A DNA stretch of 64,000 nucleotides from assembly GCA_907165135.1 (NCBI GenBank), contig OU015569.1, positions 1,798,001-1,862,000 of the forward strand. The letters are read 5' to 3'. Below, piece by piece: positions 11,242 to 22,453 of this stretch. This DNA comes from Oikopleura dioica (taxonomy: Eukaryota; Animalia; Chordata). The position numbers and the translations under genes were made by a program. Each line of letters starts with the position of its first letter. The stretch's first letter is position 1. Below the pieces are notes generated by a model. It did not search any database, was not told the origin of the DNA, and was given only the letters and a program-made list of their open reading frames with translations.

Positions 11242-12297
11242 TCAAATTGGTCTGAAAACAACTTCGATTCTAGAGAATCTGAGTACCTTGTTTTGGGTAG
11301 GAGCTCATCCAGCTCTGGAATCTTTGGCGCGGGAGCTTTAGTAAACGAGTACTTGGCACAAATGGCGTCTATCAGTGGTGCCTCAGTTTTCTCGCGCGAT
11401 GCTAGTTTTGCTGCCTAAAATGATGATAAAAATTTTATTTTATCATAAAATAAAGGCTCAGAAAAGGGATGAAAATTCTTACCCTCTTGAGTCGAATGTT
11501 TTCAATCGCTTTCTCCAGCCTAGCCACTTCCTCGCCGGTTTCTCGGTCCTGTATCTCGTAGAACAATTTCTCCTGCGTCAGGAACGCTTCTTCTTGTGAG
11601 CTAGATGGAACTCGCTGCGCTGGAGTCGGCTGAATTTTTTTGCTTATCTCGATCGGAAGAATGCAGTTTTATCTTACCGTCATGATTCTTTTGAAAGAAG
11701 GAGCATCATCCTCCGTCAAATCGACAAAGCTCAAGGTCGGCGCCGAGCTCGTCTCTTTCAAAGTTCTCGAGTGCATTTCAATGAGCTGCTTGTAGTCTTC
11801 TTTAGTCAAGGTTTTCTTGCTCATACTCATCATCGGCGTTCTCGGATTGCGAGTAGAACGCTTTGTCACGAGACCGCTTTTCGTCGCCGTCGGGCTGCTT
11901 GTTCGCCAGGAGACCTCTTCTAAAAACGATGGATAAGTAAATGTTTTATAATTTTCAGAATACCTTTCAAATCGCTTCGGGCTCCGAACCTCTTATTCTT
12001 TCCAGGTGAGGGGCAGTCAGAGGAAACGGCCTCGGAGACCTCTGAAAGAAGATTGCTCCCCGTCTCCGGCTCACTCATTTGTCTCGACTTTAGTTTCGGA
12101 AGATCCATATCATCAGCCCTATTTTGCATATCCGTCACCACGAGGCTCGATATCGTGGCATCATTCCCTTTACACAAAGTGTCCAGAGCATGTCTCAATT
12201 GAGATGTCTGGCGGGATGGCCAATTAATCTCCTGATGCCGCATTGCGTACGTTTCCGTCAGGAAATATTTTAATTTCGTTTCAAAGCTCAAATTCAA
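11242..12297 (-). CDS. Chimeric partial duplicate of the SENP N-terminal region, lacking the protease domain
   Basis: 11304-12125 is highly similar to 21168-22056 with introns kept; a new 5' segment MNLSFETKLK... is fused in frame; stop shortly after IPELDE. Confidence 0.7.
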
Positions 12298-12377
12298 TAT
12301 ATCTTAGTGATGATAAAAAATCGGAATGTTTCAGAGCTCTTCCTTGATAATTCCTTTTATTTTTGGCGTGAATTTAC

Positions 12378-12907
12378 GGGTACCCTCCCAATCCCTGGGC
12401 AAAATCGAAAATCCAGGGATTCGGAGGGTCAAATCCAAAATGTTCTAGAAATGTCTTTTAGCTATTTTACATCAGATTCATTGATTAGTTTTTTCTAATA
12501 ATTGGTTAGGGTTGAAAGCAAAACAACTTTAGCGAACTTATCTTTATGCATAGATGCAATATTTGTGAGCATACACTATTGATTGAATTCAAATGAAGTA
12601 ATGCTTAAAATTAAAGCCTCAAAATCTTCATTAATATGGTCTCATAATTATTATGATAAAAATGTCGGTTGGAAACTACTTTTTGCTTCTATTCGATTTC
12701 CTTCTTTTAGGGTTAGTGTTTTATCAAACATGACATACAAGCTTTCTTGTAAAATGCTTAAATTTTTGATATATTTTGAAAAATGATAAATAAAAGATGT
12801 TTTTTGATCATTTGTAGGGGTTTTCTAGAACATCACCCTCCGAATCCCTGGACTTTCGCGAAAAACCCAGGGATTCGGAGGGTGCCCAGGGATTCGGAGG
12901 GTCACCC
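12378..12907. mobile_element. MULE-like MITE (530 bp) with 9-bp TSD
   Basis: TIR gggt(g)accctcc(c/g)aatccctggg; TSD tgaatttac at 12369-12377 and 12908-12916; repeated ccagggattcggagggt subterminal motifs. Confidence 0.9.
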
Positions 12908-13620
12908 TGAATTTACGAGTAGATCTATTCTTATACCAATATATCAAATCTTTTTCGAAAGAATCTTTAATATCAGCATACTTGATAACAACCATGCCTA
13001 GAAAATTATTCCTTTAACACTAGAAATATATTTTTTGAGAAAACTGAAAAGTTCTTGTTTCAAGGAACGAGTATGCTCAGGTGAAAGAGCATCCTCGATT
13101 ACGTATGCTGACTCAATCCGGTGGGGGGCTGAAAACGGAAATTTTCGAAAAAATGGGGTCGAAATCTCGAAAATGGTGGTTCTTATGACGCCAGTTTTGG
13201 GTACTTTTACTTTCCCGTTTTAAAAGGTCAATAGCTCATTTTGTAGCTCAGAGCCTGTGCTTTGCTGCAATGTATAGATGAGCCGGTCAGTATAAGCCAA
13301 AAATTATTCTCAGGACCTGAGAAGGTTGGGTACTTTTTCGCGATAAGCATGTCCCTTTCTTCTTTGATTTTGGCTAATTTTGTTCTATGTCAGGGCTGGC
13401 TGAATAAAGATTGTTATTATTGCCACTTATTGCCACTCTCTGCCGGAGGACCTCCCGGAGGACCCTTTTCATGGAAGACCAACTGCTGGAAGACCAATAT
13501 AAAAAAAAATAAATAAATAGCCTTGCTTGGCCACCTATTGCCACATTTGGCAAATTTCGGTCGCTTTCTGCCGGAGGACCTCCCGGAGGACCCCCTTACT
13601 GGAAGACCAACTGAAGGGTA

Positions 13621-13768
13621 GGCCATGCCCGTTTATTTTATTCAATCAGAGTCAGGGCGAAGCCGACCCGAAGGGGAGGCCACGCCCCTTCATATTATTC
13701 AATAAGAGTCAGGGCGAAGCCGAGCCGAAGGGGAAGCCAAGCCCGTTCATTTTATTCAATCAGAGTCG
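13621..13768 (+). repeat. 57-bp tandem repeat (~2.6 units)
   Basis: Units begin at 13621, 13678 and 13735 (...ttattcaatcagagtcagggcgaagccga...). Confidence 0.9.
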
Positions 13769-14085
13769 TTTATCTTTAACAGTAATAATAAGCAAGCTAG
13801 AATAGTGAAACACAAGTCGATATTTATCTATCCAAGAGAAACAGCGTACTAAGGTAGTAGAGAGAAACAGGCGTTTTGAATAGTTTCTGCTTGTTGAAAT
13901 GAAGCATCAGAAGCTACAGTTAGTAGTTTTTGGGCCGAGTATTGAATCACGCCGGCGCGTTGAAAGTTGATAGTAGTTACAGGCGTGTAATAAAGAAATG
14001 CATGTGTGACTGTAAAGAGATAAAGGCAGTGAAGTGACTGAAATTAAGGTGAAAGCACATGAATGATTTAGCACAGTAAAAAGTT

Positions 14086-14511
14086 CTATTGTTCGAGTCG
14101 CTGCTTGAGGCTAGGTAGAATCTTGACGGCGGCGACGTTGCTTCTCATGCCCTTGATAGTGTTGATGACACTGTCGCGGAGGCGGCGGGCTTCCCAGGCG
14201 GTGTTGTGATTTTCCCTGCAGGAGGGGTACTGCTTCATTTCGAAGCTCTAAAATTAAGGATAAGTGGGGTGGAAACTGGCCTTAATTCTTACCAAAAATC
14301 TCGTTCGGAGGATTGAAGTAACGCGGTTGATCTGGGGGATCACCATAAGCAGCCGCTCGTCCAGGAGCCTGAACGAGTGACCGCCCATGGGCTTCAGGAT
14401 CTGGTCGATCCGACAGTACGGATAGTCTGCCTGGAACCGTTTGAAGCTCTCGATGTACTTCTGAAGGGTCTCTCGGGTCTCTTTGACCTTTTTGCGGTTT
14501 GAAACTGGCAT
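14086..14511 (-). CDS. Orphan 126-aa basic, probably helical protein inside the foldback element
   Basis: Exons 14511-14293 and 14247-14086 joined by a 45-nt GT-AG intron in phase 0, giving an open frame MPVSNRKKVK...RTRFL|SFEMKQY...KQRLEQ*. Confidence 0.75.
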
Positions 14512-15308
14512 TGGAAAAGGGCTATTTGGGCTCTCTGCTGTTTTCAGGGAGGAGCCGAAAACTCGAATGTATGTGATAGTGAATGCTTGATGGTTAAATA
14601 GAAAAAATCGTCGATTGATGGCGCCTCGTGTAAAGTTTGATTTTTTATCTGCGGCTGCGTATCCGGTTAGTTTCAGCTGTTTGCGATCAAATATAGTAGT
14701 GAGACACTTTTGATCCTCGCGGGTGATAGGGCTCGCGCAGGAGACGTCGATTAAGATTGAAATACAAAATAGTTAACTAAGGACGGTTGATATCACAACT
14801 ACTGTACATTCTTAATATGACAAATGACAGTCCATAAATGAAAGATGATCACTTGAACTTGGTCAATGTAATCATTTGGAAATTAAACTACCTTAATTAA
14901 ACTACAGTTCGTCAAAGAGACTTTCTTTCCTTACCAAATTTGGTCGGGAAGAGGGTTAGAAAATATCAAACAAAGGAATTTAACACGGCCGGAGTCCGGA
15001 GCCGCAATTCAAGGCTTAGGCTTTTTTGTGTTTTCTTATCAGAACTTTTATTCTCGTATATTCAAATAGTCTAGCAACCATAAATAAGAACACTTATAAT
15101 TAAGGGTGTCAGTAGCGGGAGTCTAAATTATCTCCAGATTTTGGCATAAAATCATCAATTTATTAAGCACGCGACGGGCCAGAGGCCCTTACGCGCGCAT
15201 TTTCTGGTAGAGAACTCATTGGGTTGGCGGGGCCCAACTCTCGCTCTTGTTCAGAACACTAATTTTCGCCAGGATTTGGTCAGACAAGACCCGGTTTGTA
15301 CCCAACCG

Positions 15309-15368
15309 GGCGGCGCAGGGCGGCGCAAGGCGGCGCAAGGCGGCGCTAGGCGGCGCAAGGCGGCGCTA
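15309..15368 (+). repeat. (GGCGGCGCAA)x6 decamer repeat
   Basis: Direct reading of the sequence. Confidence 0.95.
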
Positions 15369-15928
15369 TTCAGTACCCCCCCAGGAAAAGGGTCCTCCGG
15401 GAGGTCCTCCGGCAGAGAGTGGCAATAAGTGGCAATAATAACAATCTTTATTCAGCCAGCCCTGACATAGAACAAAATTAGCCAAAATCAAAGAAGAAAG
15501 GGACATGCTTATCGCGAAAAAGTACCCAACCTTCTCAGGTCCTGAGAATAATTTTTGGCTTATACTGACCGGCTCATCTATACATTGCAGCAAAGCACAG
15601 GCTCTGAGCTACAAAATGAGCTATTGACCTTTTAAAACGGGAAAGTAAAAGTACCCAAAACTGGCGTCATAAGAACCACCATTTTCGAGATTTCGACCCC
15701 ATTTTTTCGAAAATTTCCGTTTTCAGCCCCCCACCGGATTGAGTCAGCATACGTAATCGAGGATGCTCTTTCACCTGAGCATACTCGTTCCTTGAAACAA
15801 GAACTTTTCAGTTTTCTCAAAAAATATATTTCTAGTAAGAATAATATTCTTTACTGCAAGTTTGTCATATCAACAGAATAAAGTTAATTCAACAGAAACG
15901 TTTAATTACGCTCTGGGGTGGTGGTCGG

Positions 15929-15961
15929 TTAGGGTTGGGGTTAGGGTTAGGGTTAGGGTTA
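15929..15961 (+). repeat. Interstitial telomeric repeat (TTAGGG)~5.5
   Basis: ttaggg ttgggg ttaggg ttaggg ttaggg tta. Confidence 0.92.
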
Positions 15962-16407
15962 CTTCCATCTCTTGGAAAGAATTCTCTGCTATCAAATTTT
16001 TCAAATTTTTCAATTTCAAGCAGGTGCAATTATATCCAAATAAGGCGTTTGCGCTTTTCGCGCACTTATTTTCATTTCCAAATAAATGTCCAAATTATGT
16101 CGAAGCGCTTTTCGCGCTATTGCTTTTTAAAAATATTTTTTTTCCGTCTTAATGTTTTTATAGTGCTAAATGTTAAAATAGTGCTGATTATAAAAAAATA
16201 TATAAAACGGTTTTTCACATTTATTATCTCATAATTTTGTGTTCAATTTTAGTGTGAGGAAATTGGTTCGAAAATGTTGAAATTACTGCCGAAATCATTT
16301 TTAAAGATAATTTCAGAAGGAAATACCAGTTAGATTTGGTAAACCCTACTTGGTAACAGAATTCAATGAATCAGAGTCTAATTATTAAGTTATATAAATT
16401 AGGGGCC

Positions 16408-16479
16408 ATTTAGTCAGGAGAGCCATTTAGTCAGGGAGCCAGTTAGACAGACCTGACTAAATGGCTCTCCTGACTAAAT
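16408..16479. repeat. Perfect 28-bp inverted repeat with 16-nt spacer
   Basis: atttagtcaggagagccatttagtcagg / cctgactaaatggctctcctgactaaat. Confidence 0.9.
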
Positions 16480-17175
16480 TTGTTTTTTCCTTGACTTTTT
16501 TTTGCTTTCTGCTTCCATGGATGCTCTTTTCGCAAATCGAAAATATCGACCGCAGTTCTCTAGAATTGTTGTCGATGTCAGGCCTTTTTTACGAAGAGTG
16601 ATCAGTCTTCGGATTTATCCGAGTCCGAATGGCATTGAAAAATAGGTGAGAATTGCTGCTAAATGCGTGATTTTTGAGACTTTTTTTTTATTTTTAGTGA
16701 GTTCGACTTCTACCTCCAATCTTCCAAAAGGACGGAGGAGAAGCAAATTGAAGAAGCATCGGCAACGATGGTCTCAAAGTGAAGACTCGTCTTTTGCTCT
16801 GCGAAAGAGCGCGGGCCTTTGGAAAAGGAAGATTCTCGCCAGAGAGCAAGCGAAAAAGACCAGTCACTTACGAAACAACTCCAGAATCGAATAAAATCCA
16901 AATACTCAAAACTAAAAAAATGTATTGCGTCTTTCTTTTCTTTCAAGCGGTTGACTGTAGTTTGGTTGCATTTTGAGGTAGAGAAGGAAAGTATTAGCGT
17001 TTTCAGTGGTGATCATTGATCGAAAATTTGTTGCGAAGGGTGAGAGCGATTTTGAAGATAAAATCGAGCACCTGCATAGTCGTCTATATTTTTCAATTTG
17101 CGAAATGCAAGATCGCGGAAATCATAACGCGAAATGTAGCCAAATTGGCTGTATATTTTCTCGAACCGGTTTGAT

Positions 17176-18222
17176 TTAGCTCTGGTCTCTCTTCAGAACG
17201 TATAATTCTTTCGCCTTTTACTAAAGAATTCCGTGGAGAGGGACACTCTTATGAGTATCTGAATTTTTCTGAAGCTCCACACGGAGCAGTAAACCCAAAC
17301 CAAACCGAAAAAGAACAACGATTTCGAGTGACAGCTCTTGCTCGCGCTCAATCTTCTTTTTAGAACTGATTATTTGCTCATGAAATTATCTACTTTGATT
17401 GCTTGGTATATTGATAATTATCATGTGCAAAACAATCATCTCCGCATCAATCATTCTTTGAGAACCATTATTGGGATCTCTAGAATTGTTGTCGATGTCA
17501 GGCCTTTTTTCCGAAGAGCAGTCAGTCTTCGGATTTTCCGAGTCCGGCGCACACGAACAAATAGGTAAGAACTGCTGCTGATTGCATTTTTGAGAACTCA
17601 CTTCAAATTTTAAAGGCAAAGTATGTCTAATAATAAGCCCGAGAAGTGTTTCGTCGAAAGTGTTACGCTCTGAAAAGAGCGTAATCTACGTCTCACTCGA
17701 CCAGTATCGGCAACAACGACGAAAACAAGCTCAACGGTTGGAAATCAACACATTCAGCCTAACAACTCCCACAAGTTCAAGACCTAAATGATCCAACACT
17801 TGGAACACACAAAAAGATGGAAAAACCAGTCTCTTACAAAAACAACTCAAGAATCGAATAAAGTCTCAAATTCTCGAAATCAAAAATGTCTCGTCTCTTT
17901 CTTTTTTATACGGTTGGATGTCGAAAGGTTGTTGGAAGTAGAGGATGATTTTGATGTGGTATTTATTCAGTAATAGTGAGATAATGAACTGTCATACTTA
18001 TGAATGAAACATGAAGTGTTCCTTATAAAAATCTGACCAGAGCCCCAGCTCTTGAAATTTGGCTCGGCTGAGAGTTACAGTTATCAGTTTCGGTTTGGTT
18101 TGGGTTTACTGCTCCGTGTGGAGCTTCAGAAAAATTCAGATACTCATAAGAGTGTCCCTCTCCACGGAATTCTTTAGTAAAAGGCGAAAGAATTATACGT
18201 TTTGAAGAGAGACCAGAGCTAA
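17176..18222. repeat. 135-bp inverted duplication (17176-17310 vs 18088-18222)
   Basis: One mismatch seen; the 18088-18222 arm is part of the minus-strand ORF 18023-18271. Confidence 0.92.
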
Positions 18223-18357
18223 TGATTAGTTGTCCAACTAGAATCCCGAGCCGTCGAGTTGAGCGCCGCATTATGGTCTTTTCGTGGAGCGACGCACAGA
18301 GCGCGGCGCTATTTTTCAGCCAATGAGAATCGAAAGAAATTGAGAAAGAGAAGGAAA

Positions 18358-20220
18358 ATGATCAGAAGTTTTAGCGGTAAGAGATTTCTGAATGTTGGGA
18401 ATGCGCACTTTGGAAGATCTTTTAAATATGAGAAGCCAGATACCCAAAGGCCGATTGACAAAGGTAATTGAATTAATACAGGTAGAAATTAATTTGTCTA
18501 TCAAAGATTATATTCTAAAATTAGTCTTCAGCAAAATACGAAGCTGACAAAGCCCGTTTTCAAACTAAAATGCCCGGCGCCATGCCGAAACGTTTTCTGA
18601 GGAAGATTCATCAAGTGCGCGCTGATCAAAGTTCCTGGGACCGAATGGACACCGACGAAAAACGCGCTCACATCGAGCGAGAAAAGGACCCCTTCCAGCC
18701 TGTAGTTTCCAACTTTGACGCGTACAAGAAGCAAATACGCTCGTCCCTGCGCCGCCCTCTTGAAGTTGTTTCAATTCCTGGGACGGACTCGGCTCCGCTG
18801 ATCACTTGCTCCGGAACTGGCAACGCGAGCAACTTCAATCTCCAGAGCAACGAACGGTACCAGACATTCACGAAGATCCGTCTCTTTTCTGACACTTTCT
18901 CGTCCTCAGTTACTGACTCGACAAAGACTCGTCGTCCTGAGATCAACTTCAACGCTGTAGAATCAAATCGTTCGCTTTCTTCCAGCTCTTTTGCTTCGAC
19001 AGAACTATCAGATGACCTCAAGAATAGCTTGGCCAATCTGAACTTTGTAAAAATGTCCAATATACAAAAAGAGGTCCTCGAAACATTCTTCAATTTCCCG
19101 GAAGCAGACATTGTTGGCATATCGGAAACCGGAAGTGGGAAGACATTGGCCTATATCTTGCCAGTCCTTCACAGCTGGTTGGAAAAAGGGTCGACTGCGC
19201 TGATTATCACGACGCAAAATCATTTGGCACTGCAGATTCGCGAATTGGCAGAAGAACTCATTCAACAGCTAGGCATTGGTAACAAGACTGATTCTTTCTA
19301 GGTCTGTTTAACAACCTTTAGATCCTTCCGAAGTTGTCTCTCTCACAGAAGTCGTGCCTATTATGATCAGAACTTTGCACTCGATCGACGCTGGAACAAT
19401 ACGTCGCGACTTGTTGGTTTTCGACGAGGCGGACGAAGTGTTCTCAAGTCAGAACTTTGCAAAGTCGTCGCAGCTCCTCTCTCTTGAAGGACAAAAAATA
19501 CTCCTCGCGCCATTTCACTTCTCGGAAACGCAGTGGCCCTTGGTGCGAGAGTCACTTGGAAACAGGATCAACCTGGAGACAGACCTAGCAAATCGAATCC
19601 CTCTTCATATTCCACAAAAATTCCGCCGTCTCAAGCCAGAAGAACGCTCTTTGGACATCATCAAACGCCTCAAGAGCGGAAAACGAACGATCATCTACGT
19701 TAATCGATACAAAGAAGCGGTTTTTGTCGAGAGGCTGCTGAAGATGTACGAAGATGATGGATTTCAAACGATTCGAAAGGGGATGAACTCGCGTGAAGTT
19801 AGAATGGCTATCGATGATTTTGAAAGCGGGAAGATATCTGTTTTGATTGGAACGGACAAAATCAGCCGCGGAATTGACTTCTCTGCTTTAGAACAGGTAA
19901 GCTGACTTCTAGTCAACCAACAACCTCCATTTTTTAAAATATGCTCAATCCTACAAATTTAGATCATCAACTTCTGCCCACCCTATTCCGCCGCTGACTA
20001 CTTGAACAGAATCGGTCGCACAGGAAGATTGGGCCAGTCGTTTGTCTCCAGTGTTATTACATACGCTGTAGATTCGAAAGAGCGAGAAAATTTACAAAGA
20101 GTGAAACTCATTGAAGAAGCTGTCAGAAGACATTCGAAGATTTCGGAACTTGATCCAAATTTTAATTTTGACCAGCATGCGAAAATTGTGCAAGAAAGAA
20201 AATACACTGCTAAAAGTTGA
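18358..20220 (+). CDS. Divergent DEAD-box RNA helicase with a presequence-like N-terminus (DDX28-like?)
   Basis: SETGSGKT, FDEAD, TDKISRGIDF, NRIGRTGR; spliced N-terminus MIRSFSGKRFL... Confidence 0.8.
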
Positions 20221-20356
20221 GAAAAAGATCAGAGAAAGAGAGTCTTCAAGACACTATCTCTTGCTGTGTGTTTGTATGAGTACTTGCTTTATTCTAGCTA
20301 AAGGAAAGGGCAGTGGGATTAATGAATTTTATAATGGACTAAGGGCAGGTTCTTTC

Positions 20357-22329
20357 TTAGAATAGCAGTTGTTTGTTGGCGATTTCGACGAGGATTGCTT
20401 TTCGCATCGTCTGCATGTTCTCGGCTTTGAAGTTGAACTCATTCAAGCCGCGGGAAAGGTAGTCGCCGAACTTGCAGGTGAAGACTCCGCAATCGCTGCT
20501 GTTGTCTTGCTGCGGCACTTGGTGAGACCAGGATTCGGTTGCCCAGTCCGGCGAGAGCTCTGAGCCCCTTTTCACTAGATGGAGGTTAATTTTGCATCAA
20601 ATAATACGATTCATATTTGAAGGAAGTTTGCCCGGAAAAAATGTTGGTTTTTCAACAAGATATCCTTTATATAAAATTACCTTCGTGCTCGACTCTTAGA
20701 TACTCAAGAATGAGTTCTCTGCACTCTTCATTCGAGGCACCCATGGAGTCCAGATAGATCACCTTCTTTTCCTTCATCAGAGCAGCCGCGATCGTCCAAT
20801 GAACCCCGAGATGGATCGGAAAGAGCAGCCTATCCATTGCGAATATGTCGACCTTTTTCGTCCAGCGTTTCACGCCCTTGTGCCCGTTCTGCTTGACTTT
20901 CGGGTAGAAGAATGTCTTGAAGCAAAAGACTCGCGGGAGCTCTTTATCTGCTTCTGCGCGTTGCATTATCAGGTTGAAGTAACAGTTGATCACCAAATCA
21001 TTCAACCACTGCCTGCCTAAAAATGAACTTCAGTTAAACTTTGATCTAAAATTTTTTCTACCTCTAAGTGTCAGGAGATCACTCTTCTTGCATTCTTCGC
21101 CGGCGATTTCTGCCACAATTTTATCTCGTCCTCTCGACCAAACAGAATCGACAAGCGCCAGTTGATCCTCATCCAGTTCTGGAATCTTTGGCGCGGGAGC
21201 TTTAGTAAACAAGTACTTGGCACAAATGGCGTCTATCAGTGGTGCCTCAGTTTTCTCGCGAGATGCTAGTTTTGCTGCCTAAAATGATGATAAAATAAAG
21301 GCTCAGAAAAGGGATGAAATTCGTACCCTCTTGAGTCGAATGTTTTCAAGCTCTTTCTCCAGCCTAGCCACTTCCTCGCCGGTTTCTCGGTCCTGTATCT
21401 CGTAGAACAATTTCTCCTGCGTCAGGAACGCTTCTTCTTGTGAGCTAGATGGCGAGCCCTTTGGCTTCAAGCCCTGAGCCAAGGATGCTCTGCTTTCTTT
21501 CTCTTCGATGATTTTCAATCGTGTTGAAACTCGCTGCGCTGGAGTCGGCTGAATGTTTTTGTTTATCTCGACCGGGAGAATGCAGTTTTATCTTACCGTC
21601 ATGATTCTTTTGAAAGAAGGAGCATCATCCTCCGTCAAATCGACAAAGCTCAAGGTCGGCGCCGAGCTCGTCTCTTTCAAAGTTCTCGAGTGCATTTCAA
21701 TGAGCTGCTTGTAGTCTTCCTTAGTCAAGGTTTTCTTGCTCATACTCATCATCGGCGTTCTCGGATTGCGAGTAGAACGCTTTGTCACGAGACCGCTTTT
21801 AGTCGCCTTCGGGCTGCTTGTTCGCCAGGAAACCTCTTCTAAAAAAGATGGATAAGTAAATGTTTTATAATTTTCAGAATACCTTTCAAATCGCTTCGGG
21901 CTCCGAACCTCTTATTCTTTCTCATTCTAATTCCAGGTGAGGGGCAGTAAGAGGAAACGGCCTTGGAGACCTTTGAAAGAAGATTGCTCCCCGTCTCCGG
22001 CTCACTCATTTTTCTCGACTTTGGTTTCGGAAGATCCAAATCATCAGCCCTATTTTCTTAAGTGAAAGGGCTCGAATCTGCAACTGTTACTTACGATTCT
22101 TGACTCGGTGTTGCTCTCTTCGGTGGTACTGACTTCTGCCTGGGCGAGATCGGAAGTCTACCACTTTGCTGCTCTTTTTTAAGAAAACTCAACATTGTAA
22201 AACTGTTTCTCGATTTCAGTCTGAAACTTTTCCGTTACTTTTTGGCGAAGGGCAGTCGAATCGCCGGTTTATTGGGCAGCGATCTGATCGGATAGGGCGG
22301 ACGAAGGCCAAAGTAACAGATCGAACCAT
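20357..22329 (-). CDS. SENP1: SUMO-specific protease (Ulp1/SENP1-2 family)
   Basis: MNDLVINCYF, PIHLGVHW...YLDS, QQDNSSDCGVF catalytic motifs; start position approximate. Confidence 0.92.
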
Positions 22330-22453
22330 CACAATTCATTAAAAATTTCGAAAGGATAATATCTTTTTAGTGAACGAAATGTCGAGTATTTAGAGTTTCT
22401 TTATTCAATGAAGAAAAACGGCAGTGAAGGTGTCTGATTTTGAAACAATTGCT

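Larger units (their letters stand above)
13019..15836. mobile_element. 2.8-kb foldback element with ~452-bp identical inverted arms
   Basis: 13019-13470 reads as the exact reverse complement of 15385-15836 (the ORF track also shows identical peptides from both arms); no TSD found; no transposase. Confidence 0.88.

Noticed and set aside
13035-13516. Identical ORF pairs in the track (13035/15632, 13262/15366)
   Set aside because: By-products of the inverted arms, not evidence of genes
13621-13768. 57-bp repeats as a CRISPR-like array
   Set aside because: No unique spacers, eukaryotic context, no cas genes
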